Assembly: GCA_963767685.1 (NCBI GenBank)
Contig: CAVYEZ010000013.1
Location: 46,457-78,456 of the forward strand
DNA length: 32,000 nt
Reading direction: 5' to 3'
DNA from: an uncultured Actinomycetota bacterium
GTDB lineage: Bacteria > Actinomycetota > Actinomycetes > Streptosporangiales > Streptosporangiaceae
Shown here: one piece after another, positions 1 through 8,845 of the stretch
How positions within the stretch are numbered: the stretch's first letter is position 1
Layout of the letters: every line of letters starts with the position of its first letter
Translations under genes and position numbers: made by a program
Notes under the pieces: generated by a model
The model's input: only the letters and a program-made list of their open reading frames with translations
Told to the model about the DNA's origin: nothing
Databases searched by the model: none

Positions 1-453
1 CTGATCATCACCACGCCCTACTTCGTGCCCGATGAGGCCCTGTTCCGGGCGGTGTGCGCCGCACCGCGCCGCGGCGTGACCACCACCCTGATCGTGCCCG
101 CACGCAACGACTCCCCGCTCGTCGCCGCCGCCAGCCGCAGCACCTACTCAGACCTGCTCGCCTGCGGCGTACGCCTGTTTGAGTACCCGCTTGGCCTCCT
201 GCACGCCAAGTCGATCACCCTCGACGCCCGGATCACCGTAGTCGGCTCGGCGAACATGGACCGGCGCAGCCTGGAACTCAACTTCGAGAACAACCTGCTC
301 GTCCTCGACCCCGGTCTCACCGCGACCGTCCGTCAACGACAGCTCGGCTACCTCTCCCAGTCGACCGCCGTCGAAGCCGAAACCGTCAAGGCCCGGCCCT
401 TCCGCACCCGAGTGGTCGACGACGTGATCGGCATGGCCTCACCACTGCTCTGA
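1..453 (+). CDS. cardiolipin synthase / phospholipase D family protein, C-terminal part (5' end lies outside the window)
   Basis: Frame 1 is open from base 1 (LIITTPYFVPDEAL...) to the TGA at 451-453. It carries the HKD motif HAKSITLDARITVVGSANMD (HxKx4Dx6GSxN), typical of the second PLD domain of Cls enzymes. Confidence 0.85.
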   Translation: MIITTPYFVPDEALFRAVCAAPRRGVTTTLIVPARNDSPLVAAASRSTYSDLLACGVRLFEYPLGLLHAKSITLDARITVVGSANMDRRSLELNFENNLLVLDPGLTATVRQRQLGYLSQSTAVEAETVKARPFRTRVVDDVIGMASPLL

Positions 454-1449
454 ACCCGTCGCGAAGGGACTCAGCTCGCCGGATCCGCGCTGGACGAGAC
501 GAGTCGGGATGACGATACGGCGCGACGGGGCAGAGTCACCGTCCATCCGCTGGAACAACAGGTCGGCGGCCTGCCTGCCCAGTTCGGCGGGATCCTGTGC
601 CACCACCGTCACGCGCAGGAGGTCGGCGAGCTCGAAGTCGTCGAAGCCAACCATGGCCAGCGTGGCATCCACCGACGCGAGCGCGTGCAGCGCCAGCACG
701 GATATGCGGTTGTTTCCGAAGACCAGTGCCGTAACTGGCTTGGGACCCGCGAGCATCCGTTCCAGGTCCGCCCGCACTCGGTCCTTGGTGGGCGGCCCCA
801 TGGCGATCCATGCCTCCGCGACCGGCAGGCCCGCTCCAGTCATAGCCTCGAGATATCCCTGGTGCCGTTCCCGGGCCGTAAAGATGCCGGGATTGTCGCC
901 GAGGTATCCGATCCCGCGGTGGCCGCCGGCGATCAGGTGGGCGGTCGCCTTCCTTGAGCCGCCGACGTTGTCGCTGAGCACGGTGTCGGCGTCGATCCGC
1001 CCGGCCGGGCGGTCAGCGAACACCACCGGTACCCCGGCCTGCAGCTCGGATAGCAGGTAGCCATGGTCGTCGCTGGTCGGGATCATGATCAGCCCGTCGA
1101 CCCGGCGAGCGCACAGCGCCAGGGCGAGCTCGCGCTCGGTGCCGGCATCCGCCTCGCTGGACCCGCTGAGCACCAGTGAACCGCGTGCTCGGGCGACGCC
1201 TTCCACGCCCCGCAGCAACGCCGAATAGAAGGGGTCGCCGATGTCCTCCACGACCAGTCCGACGGTCGCGGCCTGTCCGGTGCGGAGCAGGCGCGCGCTG
1301 TCGTTGCGGCGGAACCCGAGCGTCTTGATGGCTTCGCGGACCCGCTGCTCGGTTAGCGGAGTGACGCCGGGTTCGCCGTTGACGACCCGGGAGACGGTCT
1401 TGAGGCTGACCCCCGCCTCGGTCGCGACGTCCTTCATCGTGGGACGCAT
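439..1449 (-). CDS. LacI family transcriptional regulator
   Basis: N-terminal HTH MKDVATEAGVSLKTVSRVVNGEPGVT followed by a periplasmic-binding-protein-like sugar-binding fold (VGLVVEDIGDPFYS...GYLGD...VGFDD). The track ORF 439-1557 is trimmed to the ATG at 1449 (MRPTMKDV). The ATG at 1437 is an equally possible start, and no clear SD is present. Confidence 0.9.
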   Translation of the reverse strand: MRPTMKDVATEAGVSLKTVSRVVNGEPGVTPLTEQRVREAIKTLGFRRNDSARLLRTGQAATVGLVVEDIGDPFYSALLRGVEGVARARGSLVLSGSSEADAGTERELALALCARRVDGLIMIPTSDDHGYLLSELQAGVPVVFADRPAGRIDADTVLSDNVGGSRKATAHLIAGGHRGIGYLGDNPGIFTARERHQGYLEAMTGAGLPVAEAWIAMGPPTKDRVRADLERMLAGPKPVTALVFGNNRISVLALHALASVDATLAMVGFDDFELADLLRVTVVAQDPAELGRQAADLLFQRMDGDSAPSRRIVIPTRLVQRGSGELSPFATGSEQW

Positions 1450-1461
1450 GCACTGAGAGTA

Positions 1462-1497
1462 ACAAGCACTCGCCGTGCGGGCACGGCGAGTGCTTGT
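1462..1497 (-). terminator. strong hairpin between the GH92 stop and the lacI-family start (probable intrinsic terminator or insulator)
   Basis: Perfect 17-nt arms: ACAAGCACTCGCCGTGC, GG, GCACGGCGAGTGCTTGT. It lies 11 nt downstream of the GH92 stop codon (1508-1510) and 13 nt upstream of the regulator ATG. Confidence 0.5.
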
Positions 1498-1507
1498 CAA
1501 GGAGTTG

Positions 1508-4500
1508 TCATCCAGTGGTGACCGCGAAGATGTGCATGGCGGTCGTGCTGGAACCAACGCTGTTGCTTACATTCGGGAAGGCGACCGAGGCCACCGTCTT
1601 CGACGAGTCGATCGGGACCGTCGTGGCGTAGATGTACATGGTGATTGTCTGGGAGCCTCCGGTGCCCATGTTGCGGTAGGTCATGGTGGCGACTGCTGTC
1701 TCGTTGGTTCCGGGGCCGTTCGCCCAGTCGCTGGACGACAGGGTCTCGGTTGTCGATGTGCCGTCGGTGTAGGTAATGGTGATCGGGCCGGAGCTCGAGC
1801 CGTTCGTGGACGACTCGAGCAGGCCGAGCTTGCTCGCCCCGGCCGTTCCGTTGACTAGCATCGTCTGCCCGGCGGCGAGGATGTTGTCGTTCGCGCAGGA
1901 CGCGACGTTGGGCCAGGTGAACGTGAGCCCGTCGGCGCTGACGGTGCCGCCCGGTGTCAGCCCGGCCGCCGACAGGGCCTGCGCCGAGTAGCTGTACCCG
2001 TCGCCGTCGTAGTTGGCGCACGAGGTGTTGGTGTCGTCGGAGATGCCGGCGTTGTTGTAGTAGTCGGCTGGGTTGGCGGTCGGTGTGATCGCCAGTTCGG
2101 GACTGGCGGACATGTGGCCCGAGTTGTCGACCACGGTCACCGACGCGGGCGTGCCCGCCCAGACGTGGTACTCGCCGTTTGTCCCGCTCGGGGTCGGCAC
2201 GGTGAAGGTGATCGCCGTGTCGCTCCAGCTGTCGACGGTGAAGGTGGCGGTGTTGCCGGGTGAACCCCAGTTCACCCCGTTGTCGCTGAAGGCGACGTAA
2301 CCGTTGCCCTGCGAGGCGCCGAAGCCGGAGCCGTTGATCGTCACCTGCTGGCCAGCCTGGGCGCTGGTGGCGCTCAGCGAGGTGACGACCGGGCCGGTCA
2401 TCGCGGTGGCCGACGTGCCGAAGGAGAAGATGTGCTCCGTGCCGCCGGACGTTCCGTTCGGCAAGGTCACGCTGGTCAGCGTCTTGCCCGGGTTGACCGG
2501 GACCGCCGCGTAGAACACGTAGGTGCTTCACCGCCTCCCGGCCGCCGGAGCATCCCGCGCAGTCCCGGTAGGCCGTGGTGGCGGCCACCTGGTTGCCGAA
2601 CGACGGCGTGCTCCGCCGCCGCTCGAGCGTCCAGTCGCTGAAGCCGAGCCAGTACTTGCTGGTGCTGCCGTCGGAGTAGTTCAGCGTGACGACGCCGGAG
2701 GCGTCTCCGCCGGTGGCCGACCCGAGGAACGCCAGCGTCCGGGTTCCCGATGCGGCGTTTACCGTGACTGCTGTCCCTCGGGCATGGTGTTGTCCGGGAA
2801 GCCGGCCGACGGCTGCGGCCAGGCGAACGTCACGCCGTTCACCGTCACGGTCTGCCCGGCGGTGAGCCCGGCGGCAGCCAGTGCCTCGGTGGAGTAGGCG
2901 TTGCCGTCGCCGTCGAAGTTCGCCGGCGGCGGCGTCACTGTCGTCGGCGATGCCGGCGTTGTTGAACGTCGACAGCAGGCTGCCCGGACTGGCGACCAGG
3001 ATGGTCTGGTTCAGCGACTGAGTGGCACCGGTGCCTTCCGTGGTCAGCGTGACGGGCGCCGAGTAGAAGTTCTGCGTGGTGCTCGCGGCCGCAGTCACGG
3101 TCAGCTTGGTGGTTCCCGTGCCGTGCGGCGGGACCGTCGATCGTGGCCGAACTCGGCGAGATCGTGACGCCCGGACGGCGCGGTGATGCTCACCTCCACC
3201 TTCTGCGGGCTGCTGGTGGCGTTGTTGGCGCCGACCGTGAGCGTGCTGGAGCTCCCCGGCGCGACCGTCGGCGGTCTGGCTGGCCAGGTAGCCCACCGTC
3301 GCCGAGCTGCCCGGGGTGTAGGACGGCGGCGCGTCCTGCGGCGCGCTGCCCCAGCTGGTCGCCTTCGGGCTGAGCGTCCAGTCCAGGGTGGCGCCCTTGC
3401 TCAGGTCGCTGAACGTCGTGTAGAGCTTCTGGTCGGGCGTGCCGTTGATCTTCAGCGAGCTTACGTAGTACTCGCTGGAGGCGTTCGGCGCGTTGACGGT
3501 GATCGTCTGGCCGTTGGCCAGCGAGATCTGCTCGTGCGGGAATCCGGGGCTGTTTAGCAGCAGCGTGCCCGTGCCCGGGTTCTCCGGGTACAGCCCGAGC
3601 ATCTGCCACAGGTAGGAGGAGCTCTCCGCGCCGAGGTCGTCGTTGTTGGCAAGTCCGCTCGGCCCGGGCAGGTAGACGGTGTTCTCGATGTTGCGCACGG
3701 CGGCCTGCGTCCCGGCCGGGTCGCCGGCGTAGTCGAGCGCGAACTGCTCGCCCAGGTCGAACTCGTTGGCGATCTCGTCATACATGCCGTACGCCGTTCG
3801 GCTGGGACAGGTATGACTGGAGCGCCGGGCACGACCTTGGAATCGCCGCCGAGCAGGTTGAACAGCGCCTGGTAGTTGTTCGGCACGTCCCACAGGTACT
3901 CGTAGGCATCGCCTTCGACGTAGTCCGGCTCGTTGTTCTGCTGCGTGGTCGGGACGATGCCCTGCTCGAATTGCCCGTTCTCGTAACGCGCGGTCAGCAG
4001 GTCGTTGTTCGGGTCGAACGTGTTCTCCCAGTTGTTCGCGCGCTGCTCGAGCATGGCCGCGTCGGCGCGGGTCGCCGAGCGAGCTCGCGAATTTCGACAG
4101 GGCGAGGTCCGCGTTGTCGTTCTCCAGCATGCTGGCGACGACACCGTGGAAGTTGCAGCAGCCGTAGGTCCCGTCCTCGGGCAGGTAGCCGTACTTCTGC
4201 TCGAGCGCCTCGCCGGGCCGCACGTCGTTGACTGTCGTGGCCTGCTTCAGCATGTCGGCCAGCGCCTGCTTCGTGTCGAAGCCGTGAGCGCCGAACGCGT
4301 AGTAGTCGGAAATGATCGCCTGCGACGGGTCGCCGACCATCACGTAGTTGTTGTCTTGCAGGTAGCCCCACTGCTGCAGGAGGCTGTCCTCCGAGTAGTA
4401 GTTGACCTGCGACTGCGCCTGGTCTGAGGCGGCCGACGGGTCGAGCATGGCCTGCAGCTGGGCGAGCGTGTGATAGATGTCCCAGCCCGAGTAGATGCCG

Positions 4501-5798
4501 TACTGGTTCTGCTGGCCGCTGGCCAGCGTGTGGACCTTTTCGTCGGCCCCCATGAACTGGCGGTTGACGTCGCTGGTGACGTTCGGCTGGATGAAGTCCT
4601 TGTACAGCAGGCTGTAGAACTCCTGGGTCTGGGAGTAGCTGCCGCCCCAGACCCTGATCTTGCCGAGCAGCTTGTCCCAGCTGGTCTGCGCGGCGGCCTT
4701 GACCGCGTCGAAGTTCCAGCCGGGGTTGTCGGTCTGCCAGTTCAGCTGGGCGTTCGCCGCGCTCACGTAAGAGATGCCGACCTTGGCCTGGACGACCGGG
4801 TTGGACGTGGTGTCGAAGCCCACGTAGACCGCGGCCGGGTCGGTCTGGCCCGAGTTCGTGATCACCTGCGACGAGGTGAACGGCGCGCTGAACTTGATGT
4901 CGAAGTACACGGTGTACAGCTGGGACTGGCCGTCATTGGTCGACTCGCCGCAGAAGTCGCCGGTGGTCACCGAGCCCTGGACCTCGTCATTGCCGACGAT
5001 CTGCGCGCTGTCCGCCGTGTCGGTGGTCTGGCTGCCCTGGAGCTTGATGTCGAAGCCGGCGGTGGTCGTCGACGGGAACGTGAACCGGGCCATCGAGCTG
5101 TGCGTGGTCGCGGTGAACTCCGACGTGACGGCGCTGGATCCGTTGCTCTGCGCGGAGTAGTAGCCCGCCTGTGCGACCTCGCCCGTGTGGGTGAGCGGGG
5201 TGGTCACGTTGTTCGGGTCCGTTCCGGACGGGAGCGCCCCGGTGACCGGCAGGATCGGCACGTCCTCGGCGGCGCCGCACCCGGGCCCGGAGATGTGCGT
5301 CAGGCTGTAGCCGTCAGCGTCGTGTCGGTGTAGCTGTAACCGCCGCCTGCGTTGCGGTCCGGCAGCGGTGTCGGGGGACCACTGCACCATCCCGTACGGC
5401 ACTTCCGCGCCGGGGAAGGTGTTGCCGCCGCCAGTGGTCCAGGTGCGGGCGTCCACGAGGGAAGCCAGATCCTGGACCGGGCTGCCGACAGCGCCGGTGT
5501 TCCTGGCACCAGCCGGGAGCGCGTCCTTTGCGACGGGCCGCTGGCAGTCAGTGAGGCGCCCCTTGTTCGTCACCGAGCAGGTGCCGCCCTTCTTGCCGCC
5601 ACTTCGCGACGCTGCGGACGCCGAGGCGGAAGGCGGGGCGGACGCCCGGACGGTGGCGGAGGGGTTGGGTGACGCGCTAGCGCTTGGAGTCGGGGTGGTG
5701 CTTGCCGTGGCGACTCCGCTCAGCGCGAGCGTGCCCGCGGCCGCCGCGGCGATCACCGCCGACCATTGGCCGATGCCTGACGTTCTCTTCCGTTTCAA
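1508..5798 (-). pseudogene. secreted glycoside hydrolase family 92 (alpha-mannosidase-like) protein with C-terminal carbohydrate-binding-type modules and an IPT/TIG domain; reading frame broken at least 11 times
   Basis: TTG start at 5798 lies 7 nt after GAGGAGG and precedes a signal peptide (MKRKRTSGIGQWSAVIAAAAAGTLALSGVATA). GH92 N-terminal signature GGGNTFPGAEVPYGMVQWSPDT...GYSLTHISGPGCG, plus YGYLPEDG...MLENDNADLALSKFA. The sensible protein sequence hops between all three minus frames, using track ORFs 1497-5969, 5300-5509, 3554-4144 and 1508-2518. Approximate junctions are 5375, 5311, 4067, 3828, 3793, 3272, 3170, 3135, 2921, 2770 and 2530. The C-terminus has two NNAGI(A/S)DD...DGDG.YS..AL.AAGLT modules and a TIG-like GPVVTSLSATSAQAGQQVTINGSGFG. 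Confidence 0.8.
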
Positions 5799-5943
5799 CG
5801 TTGGACCTCCTCGGCAGATCCGACGTTGCCACCGCGCCGGCGCTCGCCAAGGGGCTCGCGGTATCAGCGCCCGGGAACCGGGGGTTCTGGGCCGCTGACC
5901 ACCACTGTTTGATCTTGACTGGAGTCGCCGGGCATCCTCGTCG

Positions 5944-5959
5944 ATGACAACGTTGTCAT
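5944..5959. promoter_or_regulatory. candidate LacI-family operator upstream of the GH92 gene
   Basis: Perfect 16-bp palindrome ATGACAACGTTGTCAT, 146 bp upstream of the proposed GH92 start. The same CAACGTTG core recurs at 5796-5803, overlapping the TTG start. The CG-centred palindrome is typical of LacI/GalR operators. Confidence 0.5.
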
Positions 5960-6086
5960 AGGCTTTCACGTTTCATACTGAGGAGTTTTCGCCGAACGTC
6001 AAGACGATATGTTGGATTTTCTCGTAATACCCGGAGGATGTTCGCAGGACGCGCAGAAGTGCCAGCTAACGGCGAGGGGACTACCG

Positions 6087-7163
6087 TCACCCTTCGACGC
6101 GGACCGCCTGCAGCTGCGCCTGCAGGCACAGCTCCGCCGCCCGGAAGGCGTGCTCCTGCGTCATCGCGCGCTCGGTTCCCTCGAGACAGTCAAGGATCAG
6201 CTCGCCGAAGAAGGGATAGCCGACCTTGCCGGACACCGGGATGTGGTGCTCTCCGCCGGAGTCCACCAGGTACACGTGGTTGCCCGTGCGTTCCCGGCCG
6301 ACGTCGATGTACTTGCGCAGCTCGATGCTTCCCTCAGTGCCGACGATGAACGTCCGGCCGTCACCCCAGGTGCCGAGGCCGTCGGGCGTGAACCAGTCGA
6401 CCCGGCAGTACCCGGTGACGCCGTTGCCGAGCACCACGGTGGCATCGCCGAAATCCTCGATGCCCGGGTGCTCCTTGTGCGCGTAGTTGGCGACCCGCGC
6501 CGAGGTGATGGTGCCGTCGTCACACCCGCCGTAGTAGAGCACCTGTTCGAGCTGGTGACTGCCGATGTCGCAGAGGATCCCGCCGTAAGCCTCGTGGTCG
6601 AAGAACCAGGCGGGCCGGCTGGGCGCGTTCATCCGGTGCGGACCGGTGATCAGCACGTGCACGACCCGTCCGACGGCCCCGTCGGCGATGAGCTGCCCGG
6701 CGAACACCGCGCTTTCCACGTGCAGCCGCTCGCTGTAGTAGACGGCGTACTTCCGGCCGGCTTGCGCCGCCTTGGCTCGCACCTCCGCGAGCTGGCCGAG
6801 CGTGGTCATCGGCGGCTTGTCGGTGAAGTAGTGCTTGCCGTGCTCTAGCACCCTCATGCCGAGCCCGGCGCGGTGCGCGGGGACGGCGGCGCTCGCGACC
6901 AGCTGCACCCGCTCGTCGGCCAGCACCGCCTCCTCGCTCCGCGCGGCCTCGGCGCCCGGGTAACGCCGGCAGAACTCGGCCACCTTCGCCGGGTCGGGGT
7001 CGTAGACCCAGCGGAGCTGGCCGCCCGCCTCGGTCAGCCCGTTGCACATGCCGGTGATGTGGCCATGGTCCAGGCCGACCGCCGCGAACACGAAGTCACC
7101 GGGCGAGCAGACCGGCTTGGGCGGCCCGCTCGGCGCGTAGTTCATCCCGTCGTGAGCCGGCAC
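6087..7163 (-). CDS. Gfo/Idh/MocA family oxidoreductase
   Basis: 358-aa intact ORF. N-terminal Rossmann region FAAVGLDHGHI...VYDPDPAKVAEF, the family motif EHGKHYFTDKP (EKP-type), and an alpha/beta C-terminal domain. Confidence 0.85.
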   Translation of the reverse strand: MPAHDGMNYAPSGPPKPVCSPGDFVFAAVGLDHGHITGMCNGLTEAGGQLRWVYDPDPAKVAEFCRRYPGAEAARSEEAVLADERVQLVASAAVPAHRAGLGMRVLEHGKHYFTDKPPMTTLGQLAEVRAKAAQAGRKYAVYYSERLHVESAVFAGQLIADGAVGRVVHVLITGPHRMNAPSRPAWFFDHEAYGGILCDIGSHQLEQVLYYGGCDDGTITSARVANYAHKEHPGIEDFGDATVVLGNGVTGYCRVDWFTPDGLGTWGDGRTFIVGTEGSIELRKYIDVGRERTGNHVYLVDSGGEHHIPVSGKVGYPFFGELILDCLEGTERAMTQEHAFRAAELCLQAQLQAVRVEG

Positions 7164-7377
7164 TCTCGCGGTCTCCTCTCCGCTGGCCGCTGGCCGCTGG
7201 CGTCACCGCCGCCGGCCGAACATGGCGACTAGCGTTCAACAGCCCTTCTATCATCCAGAACGGTCCGTTGGTGCCCTAGTCGCGCCCCGCGTTATGCGAG
7301 GGGCCGGCTTGTAAGATCGCGGTGATCAGTCGGGCGGCCCGGTCCAGCAGCACGGGGCCAGCGAGAGGACAGAAGCG

Positions 7378-8475
7378 GTGGGAACCGATCGCGAGTACGG
7401 CTGGGGAATCGTCGGCTGCGGGGTCATCGCGCCTACGCACGCGCGCGCCGTGGCCGCCCTGCCAAACGCGCACCTGGTCGCGGTCACCGACGTGGACCAG
7501 GGGAAGGCCAAGGCCCTGGCGGACGAGCACGGTGCCGCCTGGGACGGCGGCCTCGGCGCCCTGCTGGCCCGGCCGGACATCGACGTCGTCAGCGTGTGCG
7601 TGCCGAGCGGGCTGCACGCCGAGGTCGGGGTCCAGGCCGCCCAGGCCGGCAAGCACCTGGTGATCGAGAAGCCCATCGACGTTACCGTGGCCGCCGCGGA
7701 CCGGCTGCTCGGTGCCGCGGCCGAGGCCGGCGTAGAGCTCACGGTGATCTCCCAGCACCGCTTCGACGCCGGGGTGCGGCGGCTGCGGGAGCTGATCCAG
7801 GCGGGCCGGCTGGGCCGTCTTACCCTCGGCGAGGCCGCCGTCAAGTGGTACCGGAGCCAGGACTACTACGACAGCGGCGACTGGCGCGGCACGTGGGCGC
7901 TGGACGGCGGCGGTGCGCTGATGAACCAGGGCATCCACTACCTGGACCTGCTGTGCTGGATCATGGGCCCGGTCGCCGAGGTCACGGCGCTGTGCGCGAC
8001 CCAGGCGCATGAGGTCGAGGTCGAGGACGTCGCCCTGGCCCTGCTGCGGTTCCAGTCCGGCGCGGTTGGGCTGATGCAGGCCGCCACCGCCGTCTACCCG
8101 GGCTTCCCCGAGCGACTGGAAATCTCCGGTACCGGCGGGACGGTCGTCGTCGAGGGAGGCGCCATCCGCTCCACGGAACTGACCGATGAGCGAGGTGAGG
8201 TGGGCGCGTACGGCGCCGCCGCAAGCACGACGGCGGCCACGGCGCCCGTGGTTGAGGCGCCCGTGGTTGAGGGAACGGTGCCCGTCGCCACGGCCGCCGC
8301 CGATCCCGCGGCGGTCGCGGACGAGGCCCACCGCGCGCAGCTCGCCGATTTCCTGGCTGCGCTCGACCAAGGCGGGGAGCCGCTGGTCACGGGCGAACAG
8401 GCACGGGCGGACCTCGCGGTGATCCGGGCCGTCTACGACTCCGCCCGGCTGGGTCGGCCAGTCACGCCGCAGTAA
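7378..8475 (+). CDS. Gfo/Idh/MocA family oxidoreductase with a low-complexity Ala/Val/Thr insert
   Basis: GWGIVGCGVIAPTHARA, AGKHLVIEKP and the ...NQGIHYLDLL motifs. GTG start at 7378 follows GAGAGGACAGAAGCG. Divergent from the 6087-7163 paralogue. Confidence 0.85.
   Translation: MGTDREYGWGIVGCGVIAPTHARAVAALPNAHLVAVTDVDQGKAKALADEHGAAWDGGLGALLARPDIDVVSVCVPSGLHAEVGVQAAQAGKHLVIEKPIDVTVAAADRLLGAAAEAGVELTVISQHRFDAGVRRLRELIQAGRLGRLTLGEAAVKWYRSQDYYDSGDWRGTWALDGGGALMNQGIHYLDLLCWIMGPVAEVTALCATQAHEVEVEDVALALLRFQSGAVGLMQAATAVYPGFPERLEISGTGGTVVVEGGAIRSTELTDERGEVGAYGAAASTTAATAPVVEAPVVEGTVPVATAAADPAAVADEAHRAQLADFLAALDQGGEPLVTGEQARADLAVIRAVYDSARLGRPVTPQ
8242..8271 (+). repeat. perfect 15-bp tandem duplication (GCGCCCGTGGTTGAG x2) inside the oxidoreductase gene
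   Basis: Read directly from the sequence. It is in frame and encodes APVVE-APVVE. Confidence 0.9.
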
Positions 8476-8845
8476 CTCACCAGAGAGACCTGGCGGCTGC
8501 ACGGCCCGCGGCCGCCCAGGCTGCGTCTTCGCGGCAGCAGTTCGACTCCGCCCGCATCGTCCGAAACGTGCCGTTTATTTCCCGTCATTTCCGGGCCCCG
8601 TGGTGAATCCGTGCCGATGCCTGAGGGCCCGCTGGTCCGGATCATTTACGGCGAAGTCGGCGGGGCCGGAAAGGCGGAACCGCTCATCGAGCCATTATCG
8701 ATGGTTTTCAATGTGATTTGCACAAAAATCTACACGGAATGGCTATCCGTTACCGCCAAATTGTAGGAGCATCTGGGGCATTCAGCTGGCCGTTGGATCG
8801 CGGGAAGAGGGCGGACCCGGGATTCAGGCATCGAATGGAGACCAT

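Noticed and set aside
1497-5969. The 1490-aa track ORF taken at face value as one giant protein
   Set aside because: Long stretches of its translation are Arg/Pro/Gly-rich nonsense (for example RRRGHARAAREQLGEHVRPEQRPADR). The real GH92 sequence for those stretches is found in the other two frames. The first 57 codons also cover the operator palindrome and lie upstream of a good RBS plus TTG plus signal peptide. It is reinterpreted as a frameshifted gene at 1508-5798.
7181-7283. The GCTGGCC x2.7 micro-repeat (7181-7200) and the 8-bp inverted repeat GCGACTAG...CTAGTCGC (7225-7232 / 7276-7283) between the divergent oxidoreductase genes
   Set aside because: These are short, low-information features in a promoter region. 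The arms are only 8 bp with a 43-nt spacer, which is insufficient to call an operator or a mobile-element end.
7276-8502. 408-aa minus-strand ORF antisense to the Gfo/Idh/MocA gene. Similar long antisense or overlapping ORFs occur at 6009-6848 (+), 9175-10272 (-), 11489-12517 (-), 12400-13305 (-), 13230-14960 (-), 14749-16032 (-), 20696-22048 (+), 22085-23176 (-), 22273-23535 (+), 24945-25700 (+), 27454-28260 (+) and 30969-31943 (-).
   Set aside because: These are typical high-G+C shadow ORFs. Their translations are Arg/Gly/Pro/Ala-rich with no recognisable motifs. Each overlaps a gene on the other strand or frame that has clear family signatures.
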